DNA of 32,000 nt from Cupriavidus necator (GCF_016127575.1 NZ_CP066018.1:960001-992000), one strand, 5' to 3'; shown: positions 1 to 9,397, numbered from the stretch's first letter. Notes: a model not told the origin generated them from the letters alone. Made by a program: numbers and translations.

Positions 1-45
1 GCCTTCCCGCACTCGCTGCGCGGCGAGATCGTGGTTCGGCAGTAA
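1..45 (+). CDS. miaB: 3' end of an upstream CDS, probably tRNA methylthiotransferase MiaB (partial)
   Basis: Frame 1 is open from the window edge to TAA at 43-45. The translation AFPHSLRGEIVVRQ* resembles the ...PNSLRGxVVR... segment of the MiaB TRAM domain. miaB-phoH-ybeY-corC-lnt is the usual proteobacterial order. Confidence 0.5.
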   Translation, partial: AFPHSLRGEIVVRQ

Positions 46-78
46 CCAGGCACCATCCAGCGAGGCCATCGCCAACCG

Positions 79-1077
79 ATGAAAGTCCCTTCCGCAGAAT
101 TCGTCGCCCCCAAGGACGACAACACCCGGCTGCAGAACCTGTGCGGGCCGCTCGACGAGAACCTGCGCCAGATCGAGCAAGCGCTGGACGTGAACATCCA
201 GCGCCGTGGCCACCGCATGACGGTGCGCGGCGGCAACGCGCAGGATGCGGCAACGGCGCTGGAGCGCTTCTACAACCAGGCGCGCACGCCGCTGTCGATC
301 GACGACGTGCAGCTGGGCCTGGTTGAAACGCGCCAGCTGTCCGCGCATGGCAGCTACCTGCCCGGCAACGGCGACGATGTCGAAGAGCGCGAGATCGGCG
401 ACGAATCGCCGGTGCTGCACACGCGCCGCACCGGCCTGCAGGGCCGCACCGTGGCGCAGCGCGACTACCTGCGCAATATCCTGTCGCACGACCTGACGCT
501 GGGTGTCGGCCCGGCCGGCACCGGCAAGACCTACCTGGCAGTGGCGTGCGCGGTCGATGCGCTGGAGCGCGACGCGGTCAAGCGCATCGTGCTGACGCGC
601 CCGGCGGTGGAAGCCGGCGAGCGCCTGGGCTTCCTGCCTGGCGACCTGGCGCAGAAGGTCGACCCCTACCTGCGCCCGCTGTATGACGCGCTGTACGACC
701 TGCTTGGCTTCGACCGCACGCAGAAGATGTTCGAGCGCCAGATGATCGAGATCGCGCCGCTGGCCTATATGCGCGGGCGCACGCTGAACCATGCCTTCAT
801 CATCCTGGACGAGGCGCAGAACACCACGCCCGAGCAGATGAAGATGTTCCTCACGCGCATCGGCTTCGGCTCCAAGGCGGTGATCACCGGCGACACCACC
901 CAGATCGACCTGCCCAGGGGGCAGAAGAGCGGCCTGGTGGAGGCGCTGCACGTGCTGCGCGACGTGCGCGGCATTGCCTGCACCCGCTTTACCAGCATCG
1001 ACGTGGTGCGCCATCCGCTGGTGGCCCGCATCGTCGATGCCTATGACGAATACCACGCCCAGCACAAGGACGCTTAA
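79..1077 (+). CDS. phoH: PhoH-like ATPase (YbeZ family)
   Basis: 332-aa ORF with Walker A GPAGTGKT, Walker B-like FIILDEAQN and the PhoH signature [12 protein letters not shown]. Codon third positions are GC-rich. Confidence 0.95.
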   Translation: MKVPSAEFVAPKDDNTRLQNLCGPLDENLRQIEQALDVNIQRRGHRMTVRGGNAQDAATALERFYNQARTPLSIDDVQLGLVETRQLSAHGSYLPGNGDDVEEREIGDESPVLHTRRTGLQGRTVAQRDYLRNILSHDLTLGVGPAGTGKTYLAVACAVDALERDAVKRIVLTRPAVEAGERLGFLPGDLAQKVDPYLRPLYDALYDLLGFDRTQKMFERQMIEIAPLAYMRGRTLNHAFIILDEAQNTTPEQMKMFLTRIGFGSKAVITGDTTQIDLPRGQKSGLVEALHVLRDVRGIACTRFTSIDVVRHPLVARIVDAYDEYHAQHKDA

Positions 1078-1824
1078 TTGAAATCCCAGAAATCCAAGTC
1101 TTCCGCCGTGAGCCTGACCCTGTTCGACGGCGACGGCCGCGCGCGCAAGAGCGCCGCGCACGCGCTGCGCGTGCAGTTGCCCGACGGCCGCAGCCTGACG
1201 CTGGACCTGTCGCAGGCCGCCGACGGCGTGGTCGCGCTGCTGGCCGAGCACACCGACACCAACCAGCAGGCTGGCCTGCTGGTGCGCCCGGACAACCATG
1301 ACTCGCTGTCGGTGGCCGTGACCGCCACGCCGGTGGTCACCACCACCGGCACGCCGGCCACCCCGCCCGGACTCGAACTCGAGATCCAGAACGGCGACGG
1401 CGTCGGCAAGCGCGCCGGCCTGCCGCCGCGCCGCAAGATCGAGACCTGGGTCAAGTCGGCGCTGTATGCCGACGCCGCGCTGACCATCCGCTTCGTCGAT
1501 GAGGAAGAGGGCCGCACGTTGAACCGCACCTATCGCGGCAAGGATTACGCCACCAATGTGCTGACCTTTGCCTATGCGGAGAACGAGGAAGACCCGGTCA
1601 CGGGCGATATCGTGCTTTGCTGCCCGGTGGTGGAAACCGAGGCGCGCGAGCAGCGCAAGCCGCTGGAAGCGCACTATGCGCACCTGATCGTGCACGGCGT
1701 GCTGCATGCGCAAGGCTACGAGCACGAGGAAGACGCCGAGGCCGAGGAAATGGAGGCGATCGAGACCGAAACGCTGCAGGCGCTCGGTTACGCCGACCCT
1801 TACCAGGGCGATCGCACCGTGTGA
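1078..1824 (+). CDS. ybeY: Endoribonuclease YbeY (rRNA maturation factor) with a long N-terminal extension
   Basis: The C-terminal ~150 aa are canonical YbeY ([15 protein letters not shown], zinc motif [11 protein letters not shown]). The ORF is open from TTG 1078, directly after the phoH TAA. GTG 1108 is an alternative start. There is no in-frame ATG upstream of the conserved domain. The extension has GC-rich third positions, as expected for coding sequence. Confidence 0.85.
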   Translation: MKSQKSKSSAVSLTLFDGDGRARKSAAHALRVQLPDGRSLTLDLSQAADGVVALLAEHTDTNQQAGLLVRPDNHDSLSVAVTATPVVTTTGTPATPPGLELEIQNGDGVGKRAGLPPRRKIETWVKSALYADAALTIRFVDEEEGRTLNRTYRGKDYATNVLTFAYAENEEDPVTGDIVLCCPVVETEAREQRKPLEAHYAHLIVHGVLHAQGYEHEEDAEAEEMEAIETETLQALGYADPYQGDRTV

Positions 1825-1848
1825 TCCCCGCGTAATTCCTTTCTCACG

Positions 1849-1871
1849 GGCGGCGCCGACCGGGCGCCGCC
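1849..1871 (+). terminator. GC-rich hairpin after ybeY (9-bp stem GGCGGCGCC / GGCGCCGCC, 5-nt loop), no U-tract
   Basis: Perfect inverted repeat read from the sequence in the 144-nt ybeY-corC spacer. No T-run follows, so function as an intrinsic terminator is uncertain. Confidence 0.3.
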
Positions 1872-1968
1872 TGCTGCACATATTGTCGCAGACCACCGCC
1901 CGCCGTCACGGGACGGCCAGGCTTTTAGTGTATCCTTCAGACGATCTCCACCACGCGCTCGCCGCGAA

Positions 1969-2856
1969 ATGAACGACCCTTATCCCAGTTCGAAGCCCGC
2001 TTACCTGAAGCAGGCCGATCGGCCCAGATCGCTTCTCGAACGCCTGTCAGACCTGATTTCCCCCGAGCCGGACACCCGCGCGGAATTGCTCGAAGTGCTC
2101 CAGGAAGCGCATGAGCGCAACCTGATCGACGCCGACTCGCTGTCGATGATCGAGGGCGTGTTCCAGGTCTCCGAACTGACCGCGAGCGACATCATGGTGC
2201 CGCGCGCGCAGATGGATATGGTCAATATCGCGGATGCCCCGGAGGCGTTCATCCCCTTCATGCAGCAGACCGCGCACTCGCGCTTCCCGGTCTATGAAGG
2301 CAGCCGTGACAACATCATCGGCATCCTGCTGGCCAAGGACCTGCTGCGCTACTACACCGACCCCGCCTTCGACCTGCGCGAGACCCTGCGCCCGGCGGTG
2401 TTCATCCCCGAGTCCAAGCGCCTGAACATCCTGCTGCGCGACTTCCGCATCAACCGCAACCATATCGCCATGGTCGTCGACGAGTATGGCGGCGTGGCAG
2501 GCCTGGTGACGATCGAGGACGTGCTGGAGCAGATCGTCGGCGACATCGAGGATGAGTTCGACCTGGACGAAGACCAGGACAATATCCTGCCGATGCCCGA
2601 CGGCAGCTGGCGCGTGCACGGCCTGACCGAGATCGCCCAGTTCAACGACGCCTTCGGCACCGCCTTCTCCGACCACGATGTCGATACCGTGGGCGGGCTG
2701 CTATCCAACCACGTGGGCCACGTGCCCCACCGCGGCGAGGTCATCACCCTGCCGCCGATCCGCTTCGAAGTGCTGCGCGCCGACGCGCGCCAGGTGCACC
2801 TGCTGCAGGTGCACCGGGAATCCAACGGCGACAACGCGGGCGCGGCCGGCGCATGA
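1969..2856 (+). CDS. corC: Magnesium/cobalt efflux-associated protein CorC (CBS pair plus CorC_HlyC domain)
   Basis: 295-aa ORF with CBS-pair sequences (IMVPRAQM..., VDEYGGVAGLVTIEDVLEQIVGDIEDE) and a C-terminal transporter-associated domain. It sits between ybeY and lnt, as in other proteobacteria. Confidence 0.92.
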   Translation: MNDPYPSSKPAYLKQADRPRSLLERLSDLISPEPDTRAELLEVLQEAHERNLIDADSLSMIEGVFQVSELTASDIMVPRAQMDMVNIADAPEAFIPFMQQTAHSRFPVYEGSRDNIIGILLAKDLLRYYTDPAFDLRETLRPAVFIPESKRLNILLRDFRINRNHIAMVVDEYGGVAGLVTIEDVLEQIVGDIEDEFDLDEDQDNILPMPDGSWRVHGLTEIAQFNDAFGTAFSDHDVDTVGGLLSNHVGHVPHRGEVITLPPIRFEVLRADARQVHLLQVHRESNGDNAGAAGA

Positions 2857-4463
2857 AGCGTTCCGCCCCGATCCTCAACGGCGCCGCCGCTGCCGACGCC
2901 GCCCCGGCGGGCGTGCCTGGCACGCGCGCGCATTCGCGCACGGCGACCATGGCGCGGCTGCTGCTGGCCGGCGTGCTCGGCATCGCCCATACGCAAGCCT
3001 TTGCCCCCCATGACTGGTGGTGGCTGCAGATCCTGTCGCTGGCCGGCCTGGCCGCGCTGATGGCCGACGCGCCGCGCGCGCGCCTGGCCGCCGCCACTGG
3101 CTATGCCTTCGGGCTGGGCTGGTTCCTGTCCGGCATCTGGTGGCTCTATATCAGCATGCACGTCTACGGCGAGATGCCGGCGTGGATGGCCGCGCTCGCG
3201 GTGGTGCTGTTCTCGGGCTTCCTGTCGCTCTACCCGGCACTGGCCGGCGCGCTGTGGCATCGGCTGACGGCGCGCCTGCCCCGGGCCACGCTGCTGGCGC
3301 CGCTGGCCTTCGGCGCTGCCTGGGGACTCACCGAATGGCTGCGCGGCGTGGTGTTTACCGGCTTCCCGTGGCTGTCGGGCGGATATGCCCATGCCGATGG
3401 CCCGCTGGCCGGCTTCGCGCCGCTGCTTGGCGTGTACGGCATCGGCGCGCTGGCAGCCGCGGTGGCGGCACTGCTGGCGGCTGCAGTACGCGGGCTGGGT
3501 CGCGGCGAGCGCGGCCGGGCGCTGGGCGCCCTGGCACTGGCACTGGCCCTGCCCGCCGCGGGCGCCGCGCTGGCGCCGCTGGCCTGGACCACGCCCGCCG
3601 GCAAGCCGCTGTCGGTGCGGCTGCTGCAAGGCAACGTGGCCCAGGACATCAAGTTCGAGCCCGCCGGCATCCAGCGCTCGATCGAGCTGTACCGCGACAT
3701 GATCACCGCCGCGCCGGCCGACCTCGTGGTCACGCCGGAAACCGCGTTCCCGGTCATCCTGCAGGAGCTGCCGGTCGACGTGGCCGTGGCGGTGCGCGAC
3801 TACGCGCTGGCCAGCGGCACCACGGTGCTGTTCGGCGCCGCCGGCGCCGACTCGCCGGTGGACTTCACCAACAGCGTCTTCGGCCTGGGCCCCGAGACCG
3901 AACGCCTGTACCGCTACAACAAGCACCACCTGGTGCCGTTCGGCGAATTCATCCCGCTGGGGTTCCGCTGGTTCGTCGACATGATGAAGATGCCGCTGGG
4001 CGACTTCCGCCGCGGCGGGCTCGACCAGGCCTCGCTGCCGGTGCGCGGCGTGCGCGTGGCGCCCAATATCTGCTACGAGGATCTGTTCGGCGAGGAGATC
4101 GCGCAGACGCTGCGCCAGCAGCCGGCGCCGGCCAATGTCCTGGCCAACCTGACCAACCTGGCATGGTTCGGCGACACCATCGCGCTGGACCAGCACCTGC
4201 AGATCTCGCGCATGCGCGCACTGGAAACGCGCCGGCCGATGCTGCGCTCGACCAATACCGGCATGACCGCGGTGGTGCGTCCGGACGGCTCGGTGCAGCA
4301 ACGCCTGCCGACCTTCACGGTCGGCACGCTGGCGGCCGAGGTGCAGGGCATGCAGGGGCTGACGCCCTATATCCGCTGGGGGAACGCGCCGGTGCTGGCG
4401 CTGTTTGCACTGGTGCTGGGGCTTGCTGCCTGGCGTGTGCGCAAGCTGCGCGGTGCAGGCTGA
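2853..4463 (+). CDS. lnt: Apolipoprotein N-acyltransferase
   Basis: 536-aa ORF with a hydrophobic multi-TM N-terminal half. CN-hydrolase catalytic contexts are present: VTPETAF (Glu), YNKHHLVPFGEF (Lys) and APNICYEDLF (Cys). ATGA overlap with the corC stop. An alternative start is ATG 2949 (MARLLLAGV...). Confidence 0.93.
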   Translation: MKRSAPILNGAAAADAAPAGVPGTRAHSRTATMARLLLAGVLGIAHTQAFAPHDWWWLQILSLAGLAALMADAPRARLAAATGYAFGLGWFLSGIWWLYISMHVYGEMPAWMAALAVVLFSGFLSLYPALAGALWHRLTARLPRATLLAPLAFGAAWGLTEWLRGVVFTGFPWLSGGYAHADGPLAGFAPLLGVYGIGALAAAVAALLAAAVRGLGRGERGRALGALALALALPAAGAALAPLAWTTPAGKPLSVRLLQGNVAQDIKFEPAGIQRSIELYRDMITAAPADLVVTPETAFPVILQELPVDVAVAVRDYALASGTTVLFGAAGADSPVDFTNSVFGLGPETERLYRYNKHHLVPFGEFIPLGFRWFVDMMKMPLGDFRRGGLDQASLPVRGVRVAPNICYEDLFGEEIAQTLRQQPAPANVLANLTNLAWFGDTIALDQHLQISRMRALETRRPMLRSTNTGMTAVVRPDGSVQQRLPTFTVGTLAAEVQGMQGLTPYIRWGNAPVLALFALVLGLAAWRVRKLRGAG

Positions 4464-4538
4464 AGGCACAGGCTGGCGCAGGCACCGGACCCGGCGGGAT
4501 CGCCGCCACCGTCCGGCGCTGGATTGCGGTGCCGGTGG

Positions 4539-4559
4539 TGGCGCCTCAGGTGGGCGCCA
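4539..4559. terminator. Hairpin (TGGCGCC / GGCGCCA, 7-nt loop) between the lnt 3' end and the 3' end of the candidate small minus-strand ORF
   Basis: 7-bp perfect inverted repeat. It is positioned to serve both convergent units. There is no U-tract on either strand. Confidence 0.25.
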
Positions 4560-4565
4560 GCCGGT

Positions 4566-4658
4566 TCAGTTCAGCAGCCCGGTCGCCACGGACACGGTGG
4601 CCGCGGCGATCATGACCGCGATTGCGACCAGGTAAGGTTTGCGAGAAAGAAGTGCCAT
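4566..4658 (-). CDS. Candidate small membrane protein, 30 aa (MALLSRKPYLVAIAVMIAAATVSVATGLLN)
   Basis: Minus-strand ATG at 4658-4656 to TGA at 4568-4566. It is below the length cutoff of the ORF track. GGGGA lies 9 nt upstream of the ATG. The N-terminus carries Arg-Lys, followed by about 20 hydrophobic residues (a single predicted TM helix). The second half uses GC-ending codons. No homolog recognised. Confidence 0.35.
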   Translation of the reverse strand: MALLSRKPYLVAIAVMIAAATVSVATGLLN

Positions 4659-4946
4659 GATGCCAAGTCCCCATCAATAATCAGTTACCGACAAACGGCT
4701 ACTGCGGTGCCAGCCAGCAGCCGCCGTGCCCGCCATGCCGGCACGGACTGTCAATCGCAACGCTCTGAAACGGGTTGCTTACTCATACTGTATACAAAAA
4801 CGTTATCGGCCAGCAGCGGCCAAACCTGAAATCCGCCTCGGTATTTTCCCGATGCGTTGCGTAGGACCGACATTGGCGGACATCCTCCACCATCGGTGCG
4901 TGACCTAGCCGGCCCCGCCAAACGGGGCGCCTCGCCAAAAAGCCGA

Positions 4947-4952
4947 TAGAAT
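4947..4952 (+). promoter_or_regulatory. Candidate sigma70 -10 hexamer TAGAAT upstream of glyQ
   Basis: TAGAAT lies about 100 nt upstream of the glyQ ATG. The same hexamer recurs upstream of pepP, dusB and ruvB. No convincing -35 element. Confidence 0.3.
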
Positions 4953-5054
4953 TCAGGGTTTGGCAAAATCCGCATGCGCCGGCTCCGGCACGCGCCGCGC
5001 GGCCTGCATGCCGGGCGCCGCGACCGCGCCCGGGTGCCTCTACCTAGTCTTCAT

Positions 5055-6002
5055 ATGCTGACCTTCCAACAAATGATTCTGACCCTGCAGGCCTATTGGG
5101 ACCGGCAGGGCTGCGCGCTGTTGCAACCCATCGATCTGGAGGTCGGCGCCGGCACATCCCACGTACACACCTTCCTGCGCGCGCTCGGCCCCGAGCCGTG
5201 GCGTGCCGCCTACGTGCAGCCGTCGCGCCGCCCCAAGGACGGCCGCTATGGCGAGAACCCCAACCGCCTGCAGCACTACTACCAGTACCAGGTGGTGCTC
5301 AAGCCCGCGCCGGAGAACATCCTGGAGCTGTACCTGGGCTCGCTCGAGGCGCTCGGCCTGGACCTGAAGCAGAACGACATCCGCTTCGTCGAGGACGACT
5401 GGGAGAACCCCACGCTGGGCGCCTGGGGCCTGGGCTGGGAAGTCTGGCTCAACGGCATGGAAGTGACGCAGTTCACCTACTTCCAGCAGGTGGGCGGGAT
5501 CGACTGCAAGCCCATCACCGGCGAGATCACCTACGGCATCGAACGCCTGGCGATGTACCTGCAGAAGGTCGAGAACGTCTATGACCTGATCTGGACCGAG
5601 TGGGTCGAGAACGGCGAGACGCGCCGCCTGACCTATGGCGACGTGTACCACCAGAACGAAGTCGAGCAGTCGACCTACAACTTCGAGCACAGCAACACCG
5701 AGATCCTGTTCCGCCATTTCGCCGAGCACGAAGGCGAAGCCAAGCGGCTGATGGGCAACGGCGATGGCGCCGAGGAAGGCCAGGCCGCCGGCACGCGCCT
5801 GGCGCTGCCCGCCTACGAGCAGGTGCTCAAGGCCGCCCACACCTTCAACCTGCTGGACGCGCGCGGCGCGATCTCGGTGACCGAGCGCGCGGCGTATATC
5901 GGCCGCATCCGCCACCTGTCGCGCCAGGTGGCGCAGGCCTACTACGACTCGCGCGAGGCCCTCGGCTTCCCGATGTGCGGCAACGGCGGAGCCCGGGCAT
6001 GA
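5055..6002 (+). CDS. glyQ: Glycine--tRNA ligase alpha subunit
   Basis: The start was chosen at ATG 5055 ([25 protein letters not shown]...), which matches the conserved GlyQ N-terminus. [28 protein letters not shown] is highly conserved. The 27 Arg-rich codons upstream in the track ORF (from 4974) do not look native. Confidence 0.95.
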   Translation: MLTFQQMILTLQAYWDRQGCALLQPIDLEVGAGTSHVHTFLRALGPEPWRAAYVQPSRRPKDGRYGENPNRLQHYYQYQVVLKPAPENILELYLGSLEALGLDLKQNDIRFVEDDWENPTLGAWGLGWEVWLNGMEVTQFTYFQQVGGIDCKPITGEITYGIERLAMYLQKVENVYDLIWTEWVENGETRRLTYGDVYHQNEVEQSTYNFEHSNTEILFRHFAEHEGEAKRLMGNGDGAEEGQAAGTRLALPAYEQVLKAAHTFNLLDARGAISVTERAAYIGRIRHLSRQVAQAYYDSREALGFPMCGNGGARA

Positions 6003-6628
6003 CGCAACTGGCGCGCAGCGCGCTGTGCTGCGCCATGGCGATCGCCGCGCTCGCCGCCGCCGGCAATGCCATCGGCGCGCGCGCGCAGGCGGCACCCAGC
6101 GCGCAGGTGCTGATGCTGCCGGCCGAACTGAGCAATGTGTGCGAGGCCGATCCGCAGGCGCTGCAGCTGGCCATGGCGCGCCAATGGCGCCCGTCGCTGA
6201 ACGCGCTCGACCAGTGGGCGCAGCTGGTGCGCTCGTTCTCGTGCGACCTGTCCGGCCAGCGCGACCTGGGGTGGCACCGCGTGCCGCTGCGCGCCTATGA
6301 AAGCGCGATCCGCTACCCGCTGACGTGGGTTGAGATGGAGACCCGCAACGGCCGCACCCGCCGCACGGTCAAGACTTACTATTCGGCGGCGCAGCTGCCG
6401 CCGAAGATCGATTTCTGGGTGGGCGGGCGCATCGACGAGATCCGCTACGACAAGCGCCTGCGCCGCATCGACGCACGCTTCCCGGCTGCAGGCAGCCGCG
6501 GCGGCAGCAACGGCGCGGCCAGCGCCGCGGCGGCCGCGCAATGCGCCTACACCACGCTGCAATTCCGGCAACAGAACGGCCTGTGGCTGCTGTCCGGAGT
6601 GGAACCTAATCTTTCGCCGCGCTGCTGA
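5999..6628 (+). CDS. Secreted or periplasmic protein of unknown function (209 aa) embedded between glyQ and glyS
   Basis: ATG 5999 overlaps the glyQ TGA (ATGA). The N-terminus [31 protein letters not shown] looks like a Sec signal peptide with an A-x-A cleavage site. Third positions are strongly GC-rich throughout. The mature part has four Cys. No domain recognised. Confidence 0.7.
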   Translation: MTQLARSALCCAMAIAALAAAGNAIGARAQAAPSAQVLMLPAELSNVCEADPQALQLAMARQWRPSLNALDQWAQLVRSFSCDLSGQRDLGWHRVPLRAYESAIRYPLTWVEMETRNGRTRRTVKTYYSAAQLPPKIDFWVGGRIDEIRYDKRLRRIDARFPAAGSRGGSNGAASAAAAAQCAYTTLQFRQQNGLWLLSGVEPNLSPRC

Positions 6629-6664
6629 CAAGCGGCGCGCGCTACAACCTGTTGGATACGATTC

Positions 6665-8788
6665 ATGTCGCAACCCATGACCGACTCGCTGCTGATCGAA
6701 CTGTTCACCGAAGAGCTGCCACCCAAGGCGCTGGCGCGCCTGGGCGACGCCTTCGCGCAGGGCCTGTTCGCCGGCCTGGGCGAGCGCGACCTGCTTGAGC
6801 CGGGCGCCACCGTGACGCCGTTCGCCACCCCGCGCCGCCTGGCCGCGCTGGTGTCGGGCGTGCGCCGCAGCGCGCCGGACCGCGAGCAGCGCGAGAAGGT
6901 CCTGCCGCTGTCGGTGGCGCTGGACGCCAACGGCGAGCCCACCGCGCCGCTGGCCAAGAAGCTGGCTGCGCTGGCCAAGTCGGTCGGCGTTGCCGAGATC
7001 GACTGGCAGTCGCTGGAGCGCGCCTCCGACGGCAAGGCCGAGGCCTTCTTCTACCGCTATACCGCGCGCGGCGCCGAACTGGCTGCCGCGGTGCAGGCAG
7101 CGCTGGAAGACACCATTGCGAAGCTGCCGATCCCCAAGGTCATGAGCTACCAGCGCCCGGACGGCAGCACCGTGCATTTCGTGCGCCCGGCGCACAGCCT
7201 GATCGCACTGTTCGGCGCCGAGATCCTGCCGGTGACGCTGCTGGGGCTGCAGGCCAGCAACCTGACCCAGGGCCACCGCTTCCTGTCGCATGGCGTGATC
7301 GAGATCGCGCATGCCAATGATTATGCGCAGCGGCTGGAATCCGCCGGCCACGTGGTCGCCAGCTACGCCGAGCGCCGCGAGCGCATGCGCGCCGCGCTGC
7401 TCAAGGAAGCCGGCGCCGACCAGGTGATCATGCCCGAGTCGCTGCTCGACGAAGTCAATTCGCTGGTGGAATGGCCGGTGGTCTATGCCTGCCATTTCGA
7501 GGAAGCCTTCCTGGCGGTGCCGCAGGAATGCCTGATCCTGACCATGCAGACCAACCAGAAGTACTTTGCGCTGACCGATGCCGACGGCCACCTGCGCAAC
7601 CGCTTCCTGATCGTGTCGAACCTGGCCACCGAGACGCCGCAGTCGATCATCACCGGCAACGAGCGCGTGGTGCGCCCGCGCCTGGCCGATGCCAAGTTCT
7701 TCTTCGACCAGGACCGCAAGAAGACGCTGGCGTCGCGCGTGCCGCAGCTGGCCAGCGTGGTCTACCACAACAAGATCGGCACCCAGCTGGACCGCGTGCA
7801 GCGCCTGCAGCAGATCGCCGGCCATATCGCTGACGCCCTCAACGGCAGCGGCGTGCCGACCGACAAGGCCGCCGCGATGCGCGGCGCCGAACTGGCCAAG
7901 GCCGACCTGCTGACCGACATGGTCGGCGAGTTCCCCGAGCTGCAGGGCACCATGGGCACGTACTATGCCCGCCACGACGACGAAGCCGAAGACGTGGCAC
8001 TGGCCTGCTCCGAACACTACCGTCCGCGCTTTGCCGGCGATGCGCTGCCCGCAGGCGCGGTCAGCACCGCCGTGGCGCTGGCCGACAAGCTCGAGACCCT
8101 GGTCGGGATCTGGGGCATCGGCCTGCAGCCCACCGGCGAGAAGGATCCGTTCGCACTGCGCCGCCATGCGCTGGGCATCCTGCGCATGCTGATCGAAAAG
8201 CCGCTGGCGTTGTCGCTGTCGTCGCTGCTGGCGCTGACGCAGCAGGCCTTTGCCGGCATCGCTGCAGTCAAGCCGGCACCCGACGCAATCGCCGACTTCC
8301 TGTACGACCGCGTGCGCGGCTACCTGAAGGACAAGGGCTACACCACCAACGAAGTCGAGGCCGTGGTCAGCCTGCGCCCGGACCAGCTGCACGACATCCT
8401 GGGCCGCATGGAAGCCGTGCGCACCTTTGCCGCGCTGCCCGAGGCCGAGGCCCTGGCCGCCGCCAACAAGCGCATCACCAACATCCTGCGCAAGAACACC
8501 GAGCCAGTCGGCGCGGTCGATCCGGCGCTGTTCCGGGAAGAGGCCGAAGGCGCGCTGCACGCCGCCATCGAGCGCGTGCGCCCGGCCGTGGAAGCCGCCT
8601 TCGCCAGCGGCGATTTCACCGCCGCGCTGCGCGACCTGGCCCAGCTGCGCGATGCCGTCGACCGCTTCTTCAATGATGTGATGGTGATGGCCGAGGATGC
8701 GCAGCTGCGCGCCAACCGCCTGGCGCTGCTGGCTTCGCTGCACGCGATGGCCAACCGCGTGGCCGACATCTCCAAGCTGGCCGCCTGA
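6665..8788 (+). CDS. glyS: Glycine--tRNA ligase beta subunit
   Basis: 707-aa ORF with the conserved N-terminus [15 protein letters not shown]. Other GlyS blocks are present: [38 protein letters not shown] and HYRPRFAGD. Confidence 0.96.
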   Translation: MSQPMTDSLLIELFTEELPPKALARLGDAFAQGLFAGLGERDLLEPGATVTPFATPRRLAALVSGVRRSAPDREQREKVLPLSVALDANGEPTAPLAKKLAALAKSVGVAEIDWQSLERASDGKAEAFFYRYTARGAELAAAVQAALEDTIAKLPIPKVMSYQRPDGSTVHFVRPAHSLIALFGAEILPVTLLGLQASNLTQGHRFLSHGVIEIAHANDYAQRLESAGHVVASYAERRERMRAALLKEAGADQVIMPESLLDEVNSLVEWPVVYACHFEEAFLAVPQECLILTMQTNQKYFALTDADGHLRNRFLIVSNLATETPQSIITGNERVVRPRLADAKFFFDQDRKKTLASRVPQLASVVYHNKIGTQLDRVQRLQQIAGHIADALNGSGVPTDKAAAMRGAELAKADLLTDMVGEFPELQGTMGTYYARHDDEAEDVALACSEHYRPRFAGDALPAGAVSTAVALADKLETLVGIWGIGLQPTGEKDPFALRRHALGILRMLIEKPLALSLSSLLALTQQAFAGIAAVKPAPDAIADFLYDRVRGYLKDKGYTTNEVEAVVSLRPDQLHDILGRMEAVRTFAALPEAEALAAANKRITNILRKNTEPVGAVDPALFREEAEGALHAAIERVRPAVEAAFASGDFTAALRDLAQLRDAVDRFFNDVMVMAEDAQLRANRLALLASLHAMANRVADISKLAA

Positions 8789-8809
8789 TCTCAGCCACCG
8801 GAGCCGCAC

Positions 8810-9397
8810 ATGCCGCAGACGCCGCCCAAGTTTGTCATCCTGGACCGCGACGGGGTGGTCAACCTCGACAGCGACCAGTTCATCAAGACGCCCGATGAAT
8901 GGGTGCCGATCGACGGCAGCCTGGAGGCCATCGCCGCGCTGAACCAGGCCGGCTACCGCGTGGTCCTCGCCAGCAACCAGTCCGGCATCGGCCGCGGGCT
9001 GTTCGAGATGAGCGCGCTCAACGCCATGCACGAGAAGATGCACACGTTGCTCGCGCGCCTGGGCGGGCGCGTCGACGCGGTGTTCTTCTGCCCCCATACC
9101 GCCGCGGACGGCTGCGACTGCCGCAAGCCCAAGCCCGGCATGCTGGAGCAGATCAGCGAGCGCTTCGGCATCGAGCTCCGCGGCGTGCCCATCGTTGGCG
9201 ATTCGCTGCGCGACCTGGAAGCCGGCGTGGCGGTCGGTTGCGCGCCGCACCTGGTACGCAGCGGCAAGGGCCAGAAGACCCTCGACCAGGGCGCCCTGCC
9301 GCCGGGCACGCAAGTGCACGACGACCTGCTCGCGTTTGCGCGCTGGCTGACCGGCAACGGCGGCGCACAGCGCCCACCCACTCATAGCGCCGGCTGA
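8810..9397 (+). CDS. gmhB: D-glycero-beta-D-manno-heptose-1,7-bisphosphate 7-phosphatase (HAD family)
   Basis: 195-aa ORF with the HAD motif I LDRDGVVN. The GmhB zinc-binding pattern FFCPHTAADGCDCRKPKPGM is present, and GDSLRDLEAG is motif IV. GGAG lies 8 nt upstream of the ATG. Confidence 0.9.
   Translation: MPQTPPKFVILDRDGVVNLDSDQFIKTPDEWVPIDGSLEAIAALNQAGYRVVLASNQSGIGRGLFEMSALNAMHEKMHTLLARLGGRVDAVFFCPHTAADGCDCRKPKPGMLEQISERFGIELRGVPIVGDSLRDLEAGVAVGCAPHLVRSGKGQKTLDQGALPPGTQVHDDLLAFARWLTGNGGAQRPPTHSAG

Noticed and set aside
2352-4469. 705-aa minus-strand ORF opposite corC and lnt
   Set aside because: Same reasoning: it is antisense to well-supported genes and has Arg/Gly/Ala/Pro-rich composition with no recognisable domain.
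4786-4805. SOS-box-like sequence TACTGTATACAAAAACGTTA upstream of the candidate small minus-strand peptide gene. It suggests a TisB-like, LexA-controlled toxin.
   Set aside because: Only the left half (TACTGTATA) fits CTGT-N8-ACAG. The right half reads ACGT instead of ACAG and so loses the critical CAG. It also sits about 130 nt from the ORF start. This is too weak to call a LexA site without a genome-wide motif model.
4726-4975. 60-aa plus-strand and 74-aa minus-strand ORFs in the lnt-glyQ spacer
   Set aside because: They lack a GC bias at third positions and have odd composition (Cys/Arg/Pro-rich). They have no ribosome-binding site and overlap each other. They probably arise by chance in a non-coding region.
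4974-5054. N-terminally extended versions of real genes in the ORF track: glyQ from 4974, trpS to 13877, amgK from 19521, pepP from 22608, ubiH from 24438, ruvC from 29048, the YgjP-like gene from 9732, gloA from 10067, azlD from 20850, the glyQ-coupled ORF from 5600 and glpQ from 29785
   Set aside because: In each case an internal ATG gives an N-terminus matching the conserved family start. The upstream part either overlaps the neighbouring gene in another frame or is Arg/Pro-rich and does not look like coding sequence.
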